From assembly GCA_963788655.1 (NCBI GenBank), contig CAWBHS010000008.1, forward strand, positions 1 to 64,000: a stretch of 64,000 bases of DNA. The letters run 5' to 3'. Source of the stretch: an uncultured Verrucomicrobiae bacterium. Lineage in GTDB: Bacteria > Verrucomicrobiota > Verrucomicrobiia > Limisphaerales > JAFGQR01. The notes under the pieces are model-generated. The model worked only from the letters and a program-made list of their open reading frames with translations. It was not told the origin of the DNA and did no database searches. Position numbers and translations under genes: made by a program. Below, piece after piece: positions 34,521 to 44,523 of this stretch. Positions within the stretch are counted from its first letter, which is position 1. Every line of letters starts with the position of its first letter.

Positions 34521-35942
34521 TCATCGATTCAAGCCTTCTGTTTTGCCAGAGGTCGAGGACAAGGAACTCCCCCGGATTGCATTGTCTTCGGAGCTGGGCG
34601 CCTGCGATTGCGGTTCCGCCGCGATCCCCAGTTTGTGTTGCATGGCCTCCAAAGAAATCCCTTTCGTTTCCGGCACCATGATTTTCACCCACACCAGTTG
34701 CAGCACCATCATGCCGCTGAAGAACAGGAAGACGAATCCCGGGGAGAAGGCCGTTACCAGCTTGGGAAACAGCGTGGTGAGCAACGCGGCAAAAAACCAG
34801 TGCGTAAAACTGCCCAGGGCCTGGCCCTCGGCGCGATGGCGGTTGGGAAAGATCTCGGAGATAAACACCCAGATGACCGCTCCCTGACCCACCGCGTGCG
34901 CGGCGATGAAGGCAAAGATGCATCCCGGCACGATGGCGAAATGCTGCGTGAAGAACGCCCAGGCAGTCAGCCCCAGCGAAGTGATGTAACCAAAAGATCC
35001 GACGTACAGCAGCGTGCGCCGGCCCAACCGGTCGATGAGCCACAAACCAACGAAGGTGAAGATCAAATTGGTGACGCCGATGCCGATGGATTGCAGCAGC
35101 GCCGCTTTCTGGCCCAGACCGGTCATCTCGAAAATGCGCGGCGCGAAATACAGGACCGCGTTGATCCCGGAAAGTTGATTGAAAAAGGCAATCAGAACTG
35201 CCAGCGCAATCGGGAGCCGCAACCTCCAGGTCCAGAAGCGAGCGGAGGATTTCTGCGCGGACGATGCTTCCGCAATCTCATCGGCTTTGGCCGCCAGTTC
35301 CGCCGGCGACGCTTCGGGGCGGATGACCTGCAGGATTTGGAGGGCGGTTTCCCGGTCGCCTCGGCGGCCAATCAACCAGCGCGGGCTCTCCGGAATGCTG
35401 AAGCAAAGCGCTGTGTAAACGAGGGCTGGAATGGCTTCCACGCCGAGCATCCAACGCCAGGCTTGTTCGCCCAACCGAGCCAGCAGGGCATTGGAGACAA
35501 AGGCGATCAGGATGCCGAAGACAATGTTGAACTGGAACATGCCCGCCAGCCGCCCCCGGCGCTCCGCCGGGGCAATCTCCGAAATGTAGAGGGGCGCGGC
35601 AACGGTGGAGATACCCACCCCGAGTCCACCGATGAACCGAGCAATAATGAACGAATAAACGTCCGTGGCCAAACCCGACCAGACGGCGGACACAAAGTAC
35701 AGGATGCCGATCCAAAGCAGCGTAGCCCGGCGCCCAAAGCGGTCGGTGGGCCAGCCGCCCAACAACGCGCCCAGGACCGTGCCGTAGAGCGCCGAGGCCA
35801 TGGCGATGCCGTGCAGCCCCGCGCTCAATCCCCAGAGCGTTTGGATTTTTTGCTCGGCGCCGGAAATGACGACGGTATCGAAACCAAAGAGAAATCCGGC
35901 GAGCGCCGACGTGATGGCCCAAAAGAAAATGCGAGCTTTCAT
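34521..35942 (-). CDS. Sugar porter family MFS transporter
   Basis: 'GFLFGFDT', 'DRFGRR', 'YISEIAP...RG', 'PESPRWL', 'QLSGIN' and 'PETKG'. Confidence 0.95.
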   Translation of the reverse strand: MKARIFFWAITSALAGFLFGFDTVVISGAEQKIQTLWGLSAGLHGIAMASALYGTVLGALLGGWPTDRFGRRATLLWIGILYFVSAVWSGLATDVYSFIIARFIGGLGVGISTVAAPLYISEIAPAERRGRLAGMFQFNIVFGILIAFVSNALLARLGEQAWRWMLGVEAIPALVYTALCFSIPESPRWLIGRRGDRETALQILQVIRPEASPAELAAKADEIAEASSAQKSSARFWTWRLRLPIALAVLIAFFNQLSGINAVLYFAPRIFEMTGLGQKAALLQSIGIGVTNLIFTFVGLWLIDRLGRRTLLYVGSFGYITSLGLTAWAFFTQHFAIVPGCIFAFIAAHAVGQGAVIWVFISEIFPNRHRAEGQALGSFTHWFFAALLTTLFPKLVTAFSPGFVFLFFSGMMVLQLVWVKIMVPETKGISLEAMQHKLGIAAEPQSQAPSSEDNAIRGSSLSSTSGKTEGLNR

Positions 35943-35973
35943 GGCGATTGTTTTTCGAGATGAGGCGATTGGC

Positions 35974-38118
35974 TTACTGCGATTCCCAGGCGGACTTCAG
36001 TTCATAGACTTGCAGCGCGTTGATCTTGGCGGTGCCACCTTTGGTATAGATTTCCAGCGAACGGTTGTCCTGCGGGACGATCATGCCCATCGGCATGTAC
36101 AGGCGGCCGTCGTTGCCGAAAATGTCAATGGAGGTGCGGTCCACCATCAGCCGGAGACGAATTTTGCCGTCCACCGGCTTGAGAGCGGCCTTTTTACCCC
36201 GGCAAGCAAGTTCCTGTTTCTTCGCGTCGTAATTGACCGTGACGCCGCGGAGGTTGAAGCCCAGTTCAGCCGCGTCGCCGAGAGTCAATTCCGCGGTGAG
36301 ATCGAGGAGTTCCCCCTTCACGTGGGCGAGAGGATTATCGCCAGGGCTGAGCGGCTGCGGGGGGATCGTGTGAGATTTCGCGCGCAGCGAGTTGTGTTCC
36401 TTCACCGGAGTTGCAAACAGCCGCGATCCCTGGTCGGTGGAGCGCAGGGTGAGTTCCACCGGCAATCCCATCATCTGGTTGAATGGCATGCCCGGCATGT
36501 TCATCTGTCCCCACGGAATAAGAATGCGCCGGCCGTCCGCCGGGGGAATGTCCGTGAAGGTCTGCGAGGCATACCAGCAATTGCCGTATTGCATGGGGTG
36601 CGGTCCGGATTCCGGCGTGAAGGTCTGGCCGTCGAACTTGCCGACGAGATAGCGGCCGTTGCCACCGTAGAATACCCAGCGAGTGTTCTGCTGGTGGCCG
36701 TCGAGAGCGATCTCGAAGAACTCGGGACACTCGCTGGTGCCGGGGATTTGCACGTCGCTCATCTTCTCCCACTGTTTCAGGTCCGGCGAACTGAAGAGGG
36801 CGTAGTCGTTCTTGTCGAGATACAAGGCCATGATCCATTTCTTACCCGGCGCATACCAGATCACCTTGGGATCGCGATTGCTGCCAATGATGTGGGGCAA
36901 AACCGGATTGTGCTCGTACTTGGTCCAGGTGCGGCCACGGTCGTTGCTGTAGGCGATGCCCTGGGTGAAGGGATTGCCCGCCGCCGTGAAGATGCAGACG
37001 AGGACCTTCTCCGCGCCGGTCTGGAAGCCGGCAGTGTTGTTCCAGTCCACCACCGCGGACCCGGAAAACATGGTGCCGTGCTGGTCGGGATAAAGCGCCA
37101 CCGGCAGTTCCCGCCAATGAACCAGGTCCGGGCTGACCGCGTGGCCCCAGTGCATGTTGCCCCAGGCCCAGCCGTAGGGATTGTGTTGGTAGAACAAGTG
37201 GTATTCGCCTTGGTAAAAGACCAGGCCGTTGGGGTCATTGTTCCATCCGCGGCGGGAGGAAAAGTGGAACTGCGGACGCAGCTTCTCATGATAGAGGGTG
37301 TCCGGGTTCTTGATCGCATTGGACTGGTCGATGGATTTCAAGCCGGTGGAATCTTCGGGCAGCTTGTCCACTTTGAGCGTGGCTTGCTTGCCTGCAAACG
37401 GCGCGATGTCCATGAACGCCCACCAATCCGGCTCGCCATCGGCCAGTTCGATGTCGAAGTCGCGCGGCGGCTGGCCATCGACGACCAACCCGCACCTGGC
37501 GTTTCGGCGCTCCGTTCTTCACGGGAAGTTCAGATAGCGTTTCGTCAACGTTATCTCGCGCGTCACGTTGGTCAGCATGCCGGGCGGCTTGCGGTCGGTC
37601 TGGACGATCTGGTCCACGTTGATGTGGCCCCAGCCGCCCTTGGCTTGGTCCACGATCTGGATCACGGCCATTTTGCCGGCGAACTCCCCTACGTCCCACG
37701 AGGCCGGCGCGAGCGCTTCGCTGCCGCCCGGTCGGTCGTTCGGACCGGTGGCGTTGCGGACGGCCTGGCCCTCGACGAGCAGGTTCATGCAGGTCTTCTC
37801 GGCGTTCATGCCACCACCGATGAGAAAGCTGATAAACCGCCGCTCAATTTTAAACTCCGGCGACGTGAGCGTGCCGGTGGTGACGTCGCCTTTGAAGAAG
37901 GAGTTGACAAGGCCCTGGCCCTTGAAGCCGCTCACCGGCATCTGATTGGGCAACGTGCCATGCGCCGGGCCGGGGCCGAATGCTTCGCCGGTGGTTTTCC
38001 ACTGGCCGTAGTCCGGGCCTTCAAAGTCGGCGATCAGGAGGTCGTCTGCGGCGTCCAAGCCGGGCACGGTCAGGGTGGCGAGGCAGAGAAGGATCATTGG
38101 CGACAGTCTTTTCATCAT
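35974..38118 (-). CDS. Secreted GH32 levanase/exo-inulinase (beta-fructofuranosidase) with N-terminal extension; frameshift near 37490-37520
   Basis: Catalytic motifs 'WNNDPNG', 'RDP' and 'ECP', plus 'WGHAVS.DL' and 'YASQT'. Signal peptide is in the upstream ORF piece. Confidence 0.92.
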
Positions 38119-38261
38119 CGTATGCACTATTCGGTTCCTACTTCGGTTTTCGATTGGGCCCATTGAATCCGTCGGCGGGCAGGGACAGCCAGAGATTAAG
38201 CCGCCGTTTCGCCGAAGGGAAGCCAAGATCGCCGAAGCCCAGCGGCGCATCCCCAGACCTA

Positions 38262-38351
38262 AATCCCGGAGGGACGCTCGAAAATAGCCCAGCGATTCAT
38301 CGCTGGGACCACCGCCAACAAATCCGCACAAGCTCCGGAAGGGCGAAAGAA
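38262..38351. repeat. REP-like element (TCCCGGAGGGAC...AATAGCCCAGCG type)
   Basis: Hairpin CCCAGCGAT-TC-ATCGCTGGG at 38288-38307 preceded by TCCCGGAGGGA. It abuts a truncated ORF6N fragment. Confidence 0.6.
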
Positions 38352-38724
38352 ATCGTCGCGGTCGCCAAGTCGGCGTCCAGCAGCACTTTCTCACCGCGCA
38401 CAAGGTGCATAAGCCTTTCGATTTTTTCCGGCGGAACCAGTTGGGTTGCGGTTGAGATATTCATAGGACAGTGGATTCGAGATGCTGCCGGCACTTTGAG
38501 GTTCCAATTTGGAACTTCAAACCATCCGCCTTAATCGCCGTGAGTTGGAACATGAAATCGTCGGGAAAGCGGTCAAGATTACGCTGAACCGTCTGGTTGA
38601 GGTTCTTGATCTCCACACCATAGAGCGCGGCCAGATCGCGGCCCAGCATCACTCGTTGGCCGCGAATGAACAGGATCGCCTGCTCGATGGATTCCCGTTG
38701 AAGTTGGGTTCTCAGTTCCTTCAT
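38352..38724 (-). pseudogene. Two tandem truncated ORF6N (KilA-N-related) DNA-binding domain fragments
   Basis: 'IRGQRVMLGRDLAALYGVEIKNLNQTVQRNLDRFPDDFMFQLT' (38461-38724) and 'VRGEKVLLDADLA' (38352-38464). Confidence 0.8.
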
Positions 38725-38851
38725 AGCGCCATGGTTGAAGCGTATTGGTTGGCCCCATCCAATCAACGTAACAATTCGTCGTCCCCAGTTAGCGCCGCAC
38801 CGTGTCGCACTTGCCGGCAAAAGGCTCCTGTTTTTAAAACTCCAACCGGCC

Positions 38852-38939
38852 CGTAGCAGCCGACGTGAGGAGGCTCATTTTTCCTCGGAAAACCGTGCTG
38901 CTTCCGATAAGAATGAGCCTCCTCACATCGGCTGCTACG
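38852..38939. repeat. GTAG-type REP inverted pair (GTAGCAGCCGACGTGAGGAGGC)
   Basis: 28-bp inverted repeat at 38852-38879 and 38912-38939 with one mismatch. Confidence 0.85.
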
Positions 38940-38960
38940 ATTTTTCAAACAGGCTCTTAA

Positions 38961-41591
38961 TTACGGAGCGGCTACCGAGGCCATGGTTTCCAAACGCCCA
39001 TTCACCCGAACCTTGACCGGGCACGGGGCAGGGGAGCGGATGGTAAAGGTGACGACCTTGCCGTCCTTCCAGGTGGCGTCCACCGTGAAGTTGCCGCGGG
39101 CCTTCAGTCCTTTGAACGAACCGCTGGCCGCCCACGCCTTGGGAATGGCGGGCAGGATGGCGATTTCACCGGCATGCGACTGCAGCAACATCTCGGCAAT
39201 GGCGCCGGTGATGCCGAAATTGCCATCCATCTGGAACGGCGGATGAGTGCAGAAGAGATTACCGAGCGTGTTGTAAGTGAGCAGTCCGCGCACCATGATG
39301 CCGGCGCGTTCGCCCTCACCCAACCGGGCCCACATCGCGCAACGCCACGGCCAGGTCCAGGAGCGGCGGCTGTCGCCGATGGTGGTATCGACGCGGAAAG
39401 GTTTGTCCCCATGATCGTTGCTGCGGGCCTTGAGCGACACGATGGCGGCCTGGGCGAGCTTCGGCGTTCGGGTCAGGCTGATTTGGCGGCCCGGATAGAC
39501 GGCGAAGAGGTGCGAGGTATGGCGGTGCGTGTCGTTAGGTTCGTCTCGGTCGATCTGCCATTCCTGGAGTTGACCCCATTTGCCGATTTTGTTGGGCGCG
39601 AGATGCGTCTGCAGGTCCGCAATCTTCGCTTGGTAATCGGCGTCGATGCCGAGTGCCTTGGCGACATCGAGATAGTTTTCGAACAGATCCCAGATCAGTT
39701 GCTGGTCGTGCATCACGCCGTCTTCGCGCGGGCCATGTTCCGGTGACCATCCGTTGGGGGCAACGAGGGTGCCGTCCGGCAGGCGCTTAAGACGGTCTTC
39801 CCAATACTGGCAGATCTCCTTGATCACCGGGTAGGCGGTCTTGGCCAGGTAATCCCGATCCTGGGTGAACGCCCAATGCTCGTACACGTGCAAGGCGTAC
39901 CAGGCGCTTGCGGGGATGTTCCATTGCCAGCCGTTGCCGCCGAAAATGTTTTGGCTGGTCCGCGCGGTCCAGCCGCGGGTGGTTTCGCCAAAAGCCTTGC
40001 GGGTCGCAATGCGGCACGGTTCGCGGGCGGCGACAATGAAGTCGATCAACGGTACATGGCACTCGGACAACGCCGTGGATTCGGCGCCCCAGTAATTCAT
40101 CTGGACGTTGATGTTGTTGTGATAGTCGCTGGCCCAGGGCGGATGGTTGCTGTCGTTCCAAAGACCTTGCAAGTTGGCGGGTAAGCCACCGGGACGCGAG
40201 CAACTGGCCAGCAGGTAACGGCCATATTGGAACATCGTTTCCTCCAGGTCGGGATCGGCTTCGCCCGTGGCAAAACGTTTCAGCCGCGCATCTGTCGGCA
40301 TCGCCAGAACTTCCCGGGCGGTGGCGCCAATGTCCAGGGTAACGCGGCGAAGCAACGCGGAAAGGTCTGCAATGTGCGCGCTCCGCAGCGTGTCGTAGGA
40401 CTTGGCTTGCGCGGCGGCGAGTTCCTGCTCGACGAGCGGCAGCGGATCGGCACCGCGCCAACCGGCTTCGTAATCAGGCTTGTAGTTGGTGCGTGCAGCC
40501 AGCAGCAAGGTCAGGTCGTCGCAATTAGCGAAGGCGATCTCGGCGCCATCCACTTTAACGGTCCCACCGGTATGGAGCACGCGGACGCTAGCGGCATGTT
40601 TGAGCTGGTTGGGCATTTCGCCGGCAAAGGTTAGACCCGCTTCCGTCGCCTGGGTTTTAGCCTCCTGGGCGGATTGCAGGTTGATCCTTCCGGAAAGCCT
40701 ACCCGGCTTGCTCGCGGTGTAGCGAAAGACCATCACCTGGTCGGGATGACTGGCAAAGGCTACGCGGGTGAACTTCACGCCGTCGTGCGTGAAGGTGGTC
40801 GTGTGGATGCCGTTCGCAATGTCGAGCGCGCGACGATAGTCGGATGGGGCCGGGGTGGCGCCGGAAGTGATCGGGGCCCCGGTCAGTTCGATCTCGGCGA
40901 CCTGGAAGTGATCGCGGTTCCCGGTGTCGAAGGCAAAGCGGTAGCACCGGCAGGCCTGCGGATGGGCGACCTCAAAGATCCTGGCCTGGAACCGCTTTTC
41001 AAAAGGCTGGCCCAGTTCCTGGTGATCCAGTCGCTGCCAGGTCTCGCCGTCGGCTGAACCTTCCAGAACCCACGATTGCGGATCGCGTTCTGCCACATCA
41101 TTGGCGCTGGTCAAAGTGTATGATTTGACCAGTTTGGTGGTCGGGAAGGTTACCTGCCATACGACCTGAGTGCCGGGATTGGCAACACACCACTTGGTGT
41201 CGGCCCGACCATCCATACACAAGTCGATCCCTTTGCCATCGCCCTTCGCATGGCCGCTGGGGGATTGAACCGCGGGCTCGTCGGAATCGGCGTCCCACAG
41301 GATCATTAGATCGCCAAAGTTGCGGTAGGAACCAAAACCATGGTCGCCGCACTCATAGGCGCCATCCCAGTTGTTGTCGCCCGACCACAAGCTTTGCTCG
41401 TTGAACTGGATGCGCTCCCGGGCGACGCCGCCGGAGATCAGGCAGCCCAGGCGGCCATTGCCCAACGGCAGGGATTCTTGAATATGCCGTTTGTCACTGG
41501 CAGGTTGCCGATACCAAAGCGTCAAGTCGGCCGCCGAACTCGGCATGGCCGACAAAGTCCAAAACAAAAGAATGAGCAAGCTTGGTTTCAT
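38961..41591 (-). CDS. GH95 alpha-1,2-L-fucosidase with an inserted F5/8-type C (CBM32-like) domain
   Basis: 'LPLGNGRLG', 'QFNEQSLWSG', 'FQYGRYLL', 'PANLQGLWN', 'YHNNINVQMNYW', 'HRHTSHL' and 'FQMDGNFG'. Inserted segment 'DG..DTKW...YTLTSAND..ERDP..W.LEGS.DG'. Confidence 0.95.
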   Translation of the reverse strand: MKPSLLILLFWTLSAMPSSAADLTLWYRQPASDKRHIQESLPLGNGRLGCLISGGVARERIQFNEQSLWSGDNNWDGAYECGDHGFGSYRNFGDLMILWDADSDEPAVQSPSGHAKGDGKGIDLCMDGRADTKWCVANPGTQVVWQVTFPTTKLVKSYTLTSANDVAERDPQSWVLEGSADGETWQRLDHQELGQPFEKRFQARIFEVAHPQACRCYRFAFDTGNRDHFQVAEIELTGAPITSGATPAPSDYRRALDIANGIHTTTFTHDGVKFTRVAFASHPDQVMVFRYTASKPGRLSGRINLQSAQEAKTQATEAGLTFAGEMPNQLKHAASVRVLHTGGTVKVDGAEIAFANCDDLTLLLAARTNYKPDYEAGWRGADPLPLVEQELAAAQAKSYDTLRSAHIADLSALLRRVTLDIGATAREVLAMPTDARLKRFATGEADPDLEETMFQYGRYLLASCSRPGGLPANLQGLWNDSNHPPWASDYHNNINVQMNYWGAESTALSECHVPLIDFIVAAREPCRIATRKAFGETTRGWTARTSQNIFGGNGWQWNIPASAWYALHVYEHWAFTQDRDYLAKTAYPVIKEICQYWEDRLKRLPDGTLVAPNGWSPEHGPREDGVMHDQQLIWDLFENYLDVAKALGIDADYQAKIADLQTHLAPNKIGKWGQLQEWQIDRDEPNDTHRHTSHLFAVYPGRQISLTRTPKLAQAAIVSLKARSNDHGDKPFRVDTTIGDSRRSWTWPWRCAMWARLGEGERAGIMVRGLLTYNTLGNLFCTHPPFQMDGNFGITGAIAEMLLQSHAGEIAILPAIPKAWAASGSFKGLKARGNFTVDATWKDGKVVTFTIRSPAPCPVKVRVNGRLETMASVAAP

Positions 41592-41664
41592 TGAATCTTC
41601 GCGGTTTATCGTGTGTTGTTATTGTGATGGCGAGCTGCTCGATTGGTCAAGTGAACGATCAAAT

Positions 41665-41891
41665 GCCGTTGAACGGTTGGCGCCAGCGGTTCCCCGCACC
41701 CTGACCCTCTCCCCAAGGAGAGGGAAAAGTTATTGAGCCCGACTGGTTCTTTGGGGCCGACGCGGTCATCCCCGCCTGCTTTGGGATACACGCCTCGGCA
41801 ACGAAGCTTGGGAGCGCGGTCGTTCTCCGCGGCGGGCGCCGAACATGCTTCCGCTCCCCAAGGGAGAGGGTTGGGGTGAGGGGGAAGGTGA
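41665..41891. repeat. Dispersed ~225-bp REPIN/MITE-like element, copy 2
   Basis: Same arms, left flank (gccgttg.acggttgg.gcc) and spacer (ttgggatac.cgcctc.gcaac.aagc.tgggag) as 34234-34457. Confidence 0.8.
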
Positions 41892-41994
41892 TGGCCGCCG
41901 TCCACGCGGGCAACGATTCGCACCGGTGCCGGCCAACCCGCTCTGGCTTTGAGCCGTTCATCGGTTCAAGCTTCCGGCTTTGCCGGAGGTGGCT

Positions 41995-44464
41995 GACTCC
42001 CATCGTAATCACCGTGACCGAATGCGGTGGGAACACGTAACGGCTCGCACCGTTGTTGATGGCGTGCTTCCACTCCCGCCGTTTCGGAACAATGGCGTTA
42101 GGCTGGGCGGCGGTGTTCCTGGCTTCCAGGGCGCCCGATAATTCGGTCACTTGCGCCACTTGTTTTTTGGGTACGAACCCGGCCAGATGGATTTGCGCTA
42201 GCATGGCCTTGTCGGTTGGATTTACAATCTGAAGAACCAGCGTCCGGCCGTCGTCGCTGCGTTTGGCGTTCACGTCGAGCGTGTCCTTGGCCGCGGTTAC
42301 CTGGCATTGGACCAATTGCGGCAGGTAATTGTGGGAAAACATTTGCGTCACGTAGCCGGGAGGCTGGAGCCAGACTTGCGAAAGGGTTCAGGAAGAGCAG
42401 CCCCTGGTTCCAATCGTTGTCGTTTTGACCATCGGGCTGGAGACAGTTCGCCGAGGTGGCGATGAGGATTCGTCCGTCCCGTTCGACGATGTTGATGGCG
42501 ACGGCATTGGCCAGCGCCCGCCGCTGGGAATGGTTTCCCGCATTGAACTCGAAAATCACCACGCGGTGTTTCGCCCCGTCAGCAATCCGATCAAGCGCGT
42601 CGAGGTAGCTCAGCGTGCCGCCAAAATCCGGGCGGGGACCGTCGGTGCCGATGTGAACATCGAACCACACCTCGCGATGGTGCTGCTTGGCAAGTTGCAG
42701 AATCTTCTGCTGGGCCGCGAGGCTGGTGATGCGTCCGGCAGCGCCTCGGAAATTGAATGGATCCTCAATCTTTTGGCCGTAGCCGAAATCGCCGACCACG
42801 AGAATGATCTCCGGGTCCTTGGCCCACACGGCTTCGGCCATCAGTCTGAACTTCTGCCAGTAATCCTCGTTCACTTGCTCCTCATTACCGAGTTCCAGAT
42901 ATTTCAACCGGTAAGGAGCGGGGTGTCCGTCAGCGGCACGCTTACGGCCCCATTCGCTGTCCTTAGGCCCGTTGACGTATTCGATGAAGTCCGCCATGTC
43001 CTGCGGCGTTTCGCCCATGTTGACGTCAGGAATGCCAAGGAAACCGGCAGCCTCGCAGAAGTTCAAAAAGTCGAAGATACCCCAGCCGTTGGACGAATAC
43101 GGATACCACCAGCCGGTGTAGGGCGGGCGCTGTTCCCGTGGTCCGATCATCTTCTTCCAGCGATATTCCGCCGCGTTCACCATGCACCCGCCCTGGCGCA
43201 GCACCGTGATGCCTTGATGGATGAGCCCTTCGGCCACGTCACGGCGCGTGGGCAATCCTTTGAAACGTCCCCATTTGCCCGGTTGCAGAAATGCATAGCC
43301 CACCGTCACCGAACCGGGGCGTTTCAGCTTGAGGGCGAAGCGGCCTGCCTTGTCGTTGCTGTCGGGTTTCAGTTTGAAATCAAGACGCCGCCAATTGGAG
43401 CCCGAAACCTTCAAGCGTTTCTCGGCATAAACCTTGCCGCCGTCGCGGCTCTCCAATGTGACGAAAAGCTCAGTCGGCTCGGTGGCGCGGACACAGACGA
43501 AGCCTTCGTAGGCTTTGCCTTTGACAAAATTCATGCCCCAGCGGTTGAGGCTCTGATTTTCGATGCCGATTTCACCGTTGCCGCTGATAAAGGTGAGGCG
43601 CTGGCTCTGGCTTCCGGAGAAGGCATTTTCTTCTTCGAGCTTGAACTCACCGTTCGCGCTACCTCTTCGTAAGGCGCGCCATATACCACTGACGCCATCA
43701 CCGAACTTGTCCGCGGCCGCGATGGCAAATTCATATTTCCGAGACTCCCCACCCGTGGTGATGGTCAGATTTCGATACTGCGCCTCCCGCTGCCAAGTGC
43801 GCAGACCTACTGTGCCGGTTTCCAGGGGACGCTGTGTGTCTTCGTAGCGGGTGATACTCTGGCCATTGACGAGGACCTCGACTGTTTTGCTCGTCATGCG
43901 CACCGTGAGTTTGATCCATTGGTTGATCGGTACTGCGCAAGGCATGTTTCGGATCGGCTCCCAATTCTGGCGATGGCGTCCCAGGACCAATCGTCCGGTG
44001 GTCTCCAAGGCAACTTCGTAGCCGGTGAAGCGATCAGCGCCCGGACCGGCCTGACTGACCTTAACGATCAGTCCGGCGTTACCACTTTTCTTCTCAGCAA
44101 AGTACACCTCGACACTCGCTTCGCCTTCGGCAAAGGAAGGGGCGTCGCATAGCAGCTTGGAACCATCTCCCCCCGCGGCGTCCAATTCGCCATCCTTCGG
44201 CACCCAGCGCCCGCCATAAGCCGTGAAGCCGCGAAGCGGTGGCGGCGGCGCTGGCTCGGCGAAGCTCTCGCCGAAAATCATCTGGCTGTCGATGCCGCCA
44301 TAGATTTCGTGGTTCACATCCTCGATGCACGCCCCGGTGAGGTACCGCGAGACACGATGAAGGATTTGGTCGGCTTGTACTTCGATGCGGGCTTCCTGGG
44401 CTTGAACGCCTACCAGAGAAATCAGCGTGGCCAGGACGATCGTGGAGTTGATGAGATCTTTCAT
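41995..44464 (-). CDS. GH51 alpha-L-arabinofuranosidase with a DUF1080-like insert; frameshift near 42385; 3' end approximate
   Basis: 'EDVNHEIYGG', 'YRWKKMIGP..QRP', 'RAADGHPAPY.LKYLELGNEE' and 'ERDG'. C-terminal 'FPPHSVTV' is in the shifted frame. Confidence 0.85.
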
Positions 44465-44523
44465 GGAGGTCTTTATATGCTACTTGGTGATGCTCGTGGT
44501 GGCGGGCCAAGGCTCGTGTCGAT

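Noticed and set aside
35800..38166. Long opposite-strand ORFs (e.g. 35800-38166 +, 19187-21286 -, 27554-29563 -, 48824-50350 -, 24892-26445 +)
   Set aside because: They are antisense shadows of well-supported genes in GC-rich DNA and contain no recognisable motifs.
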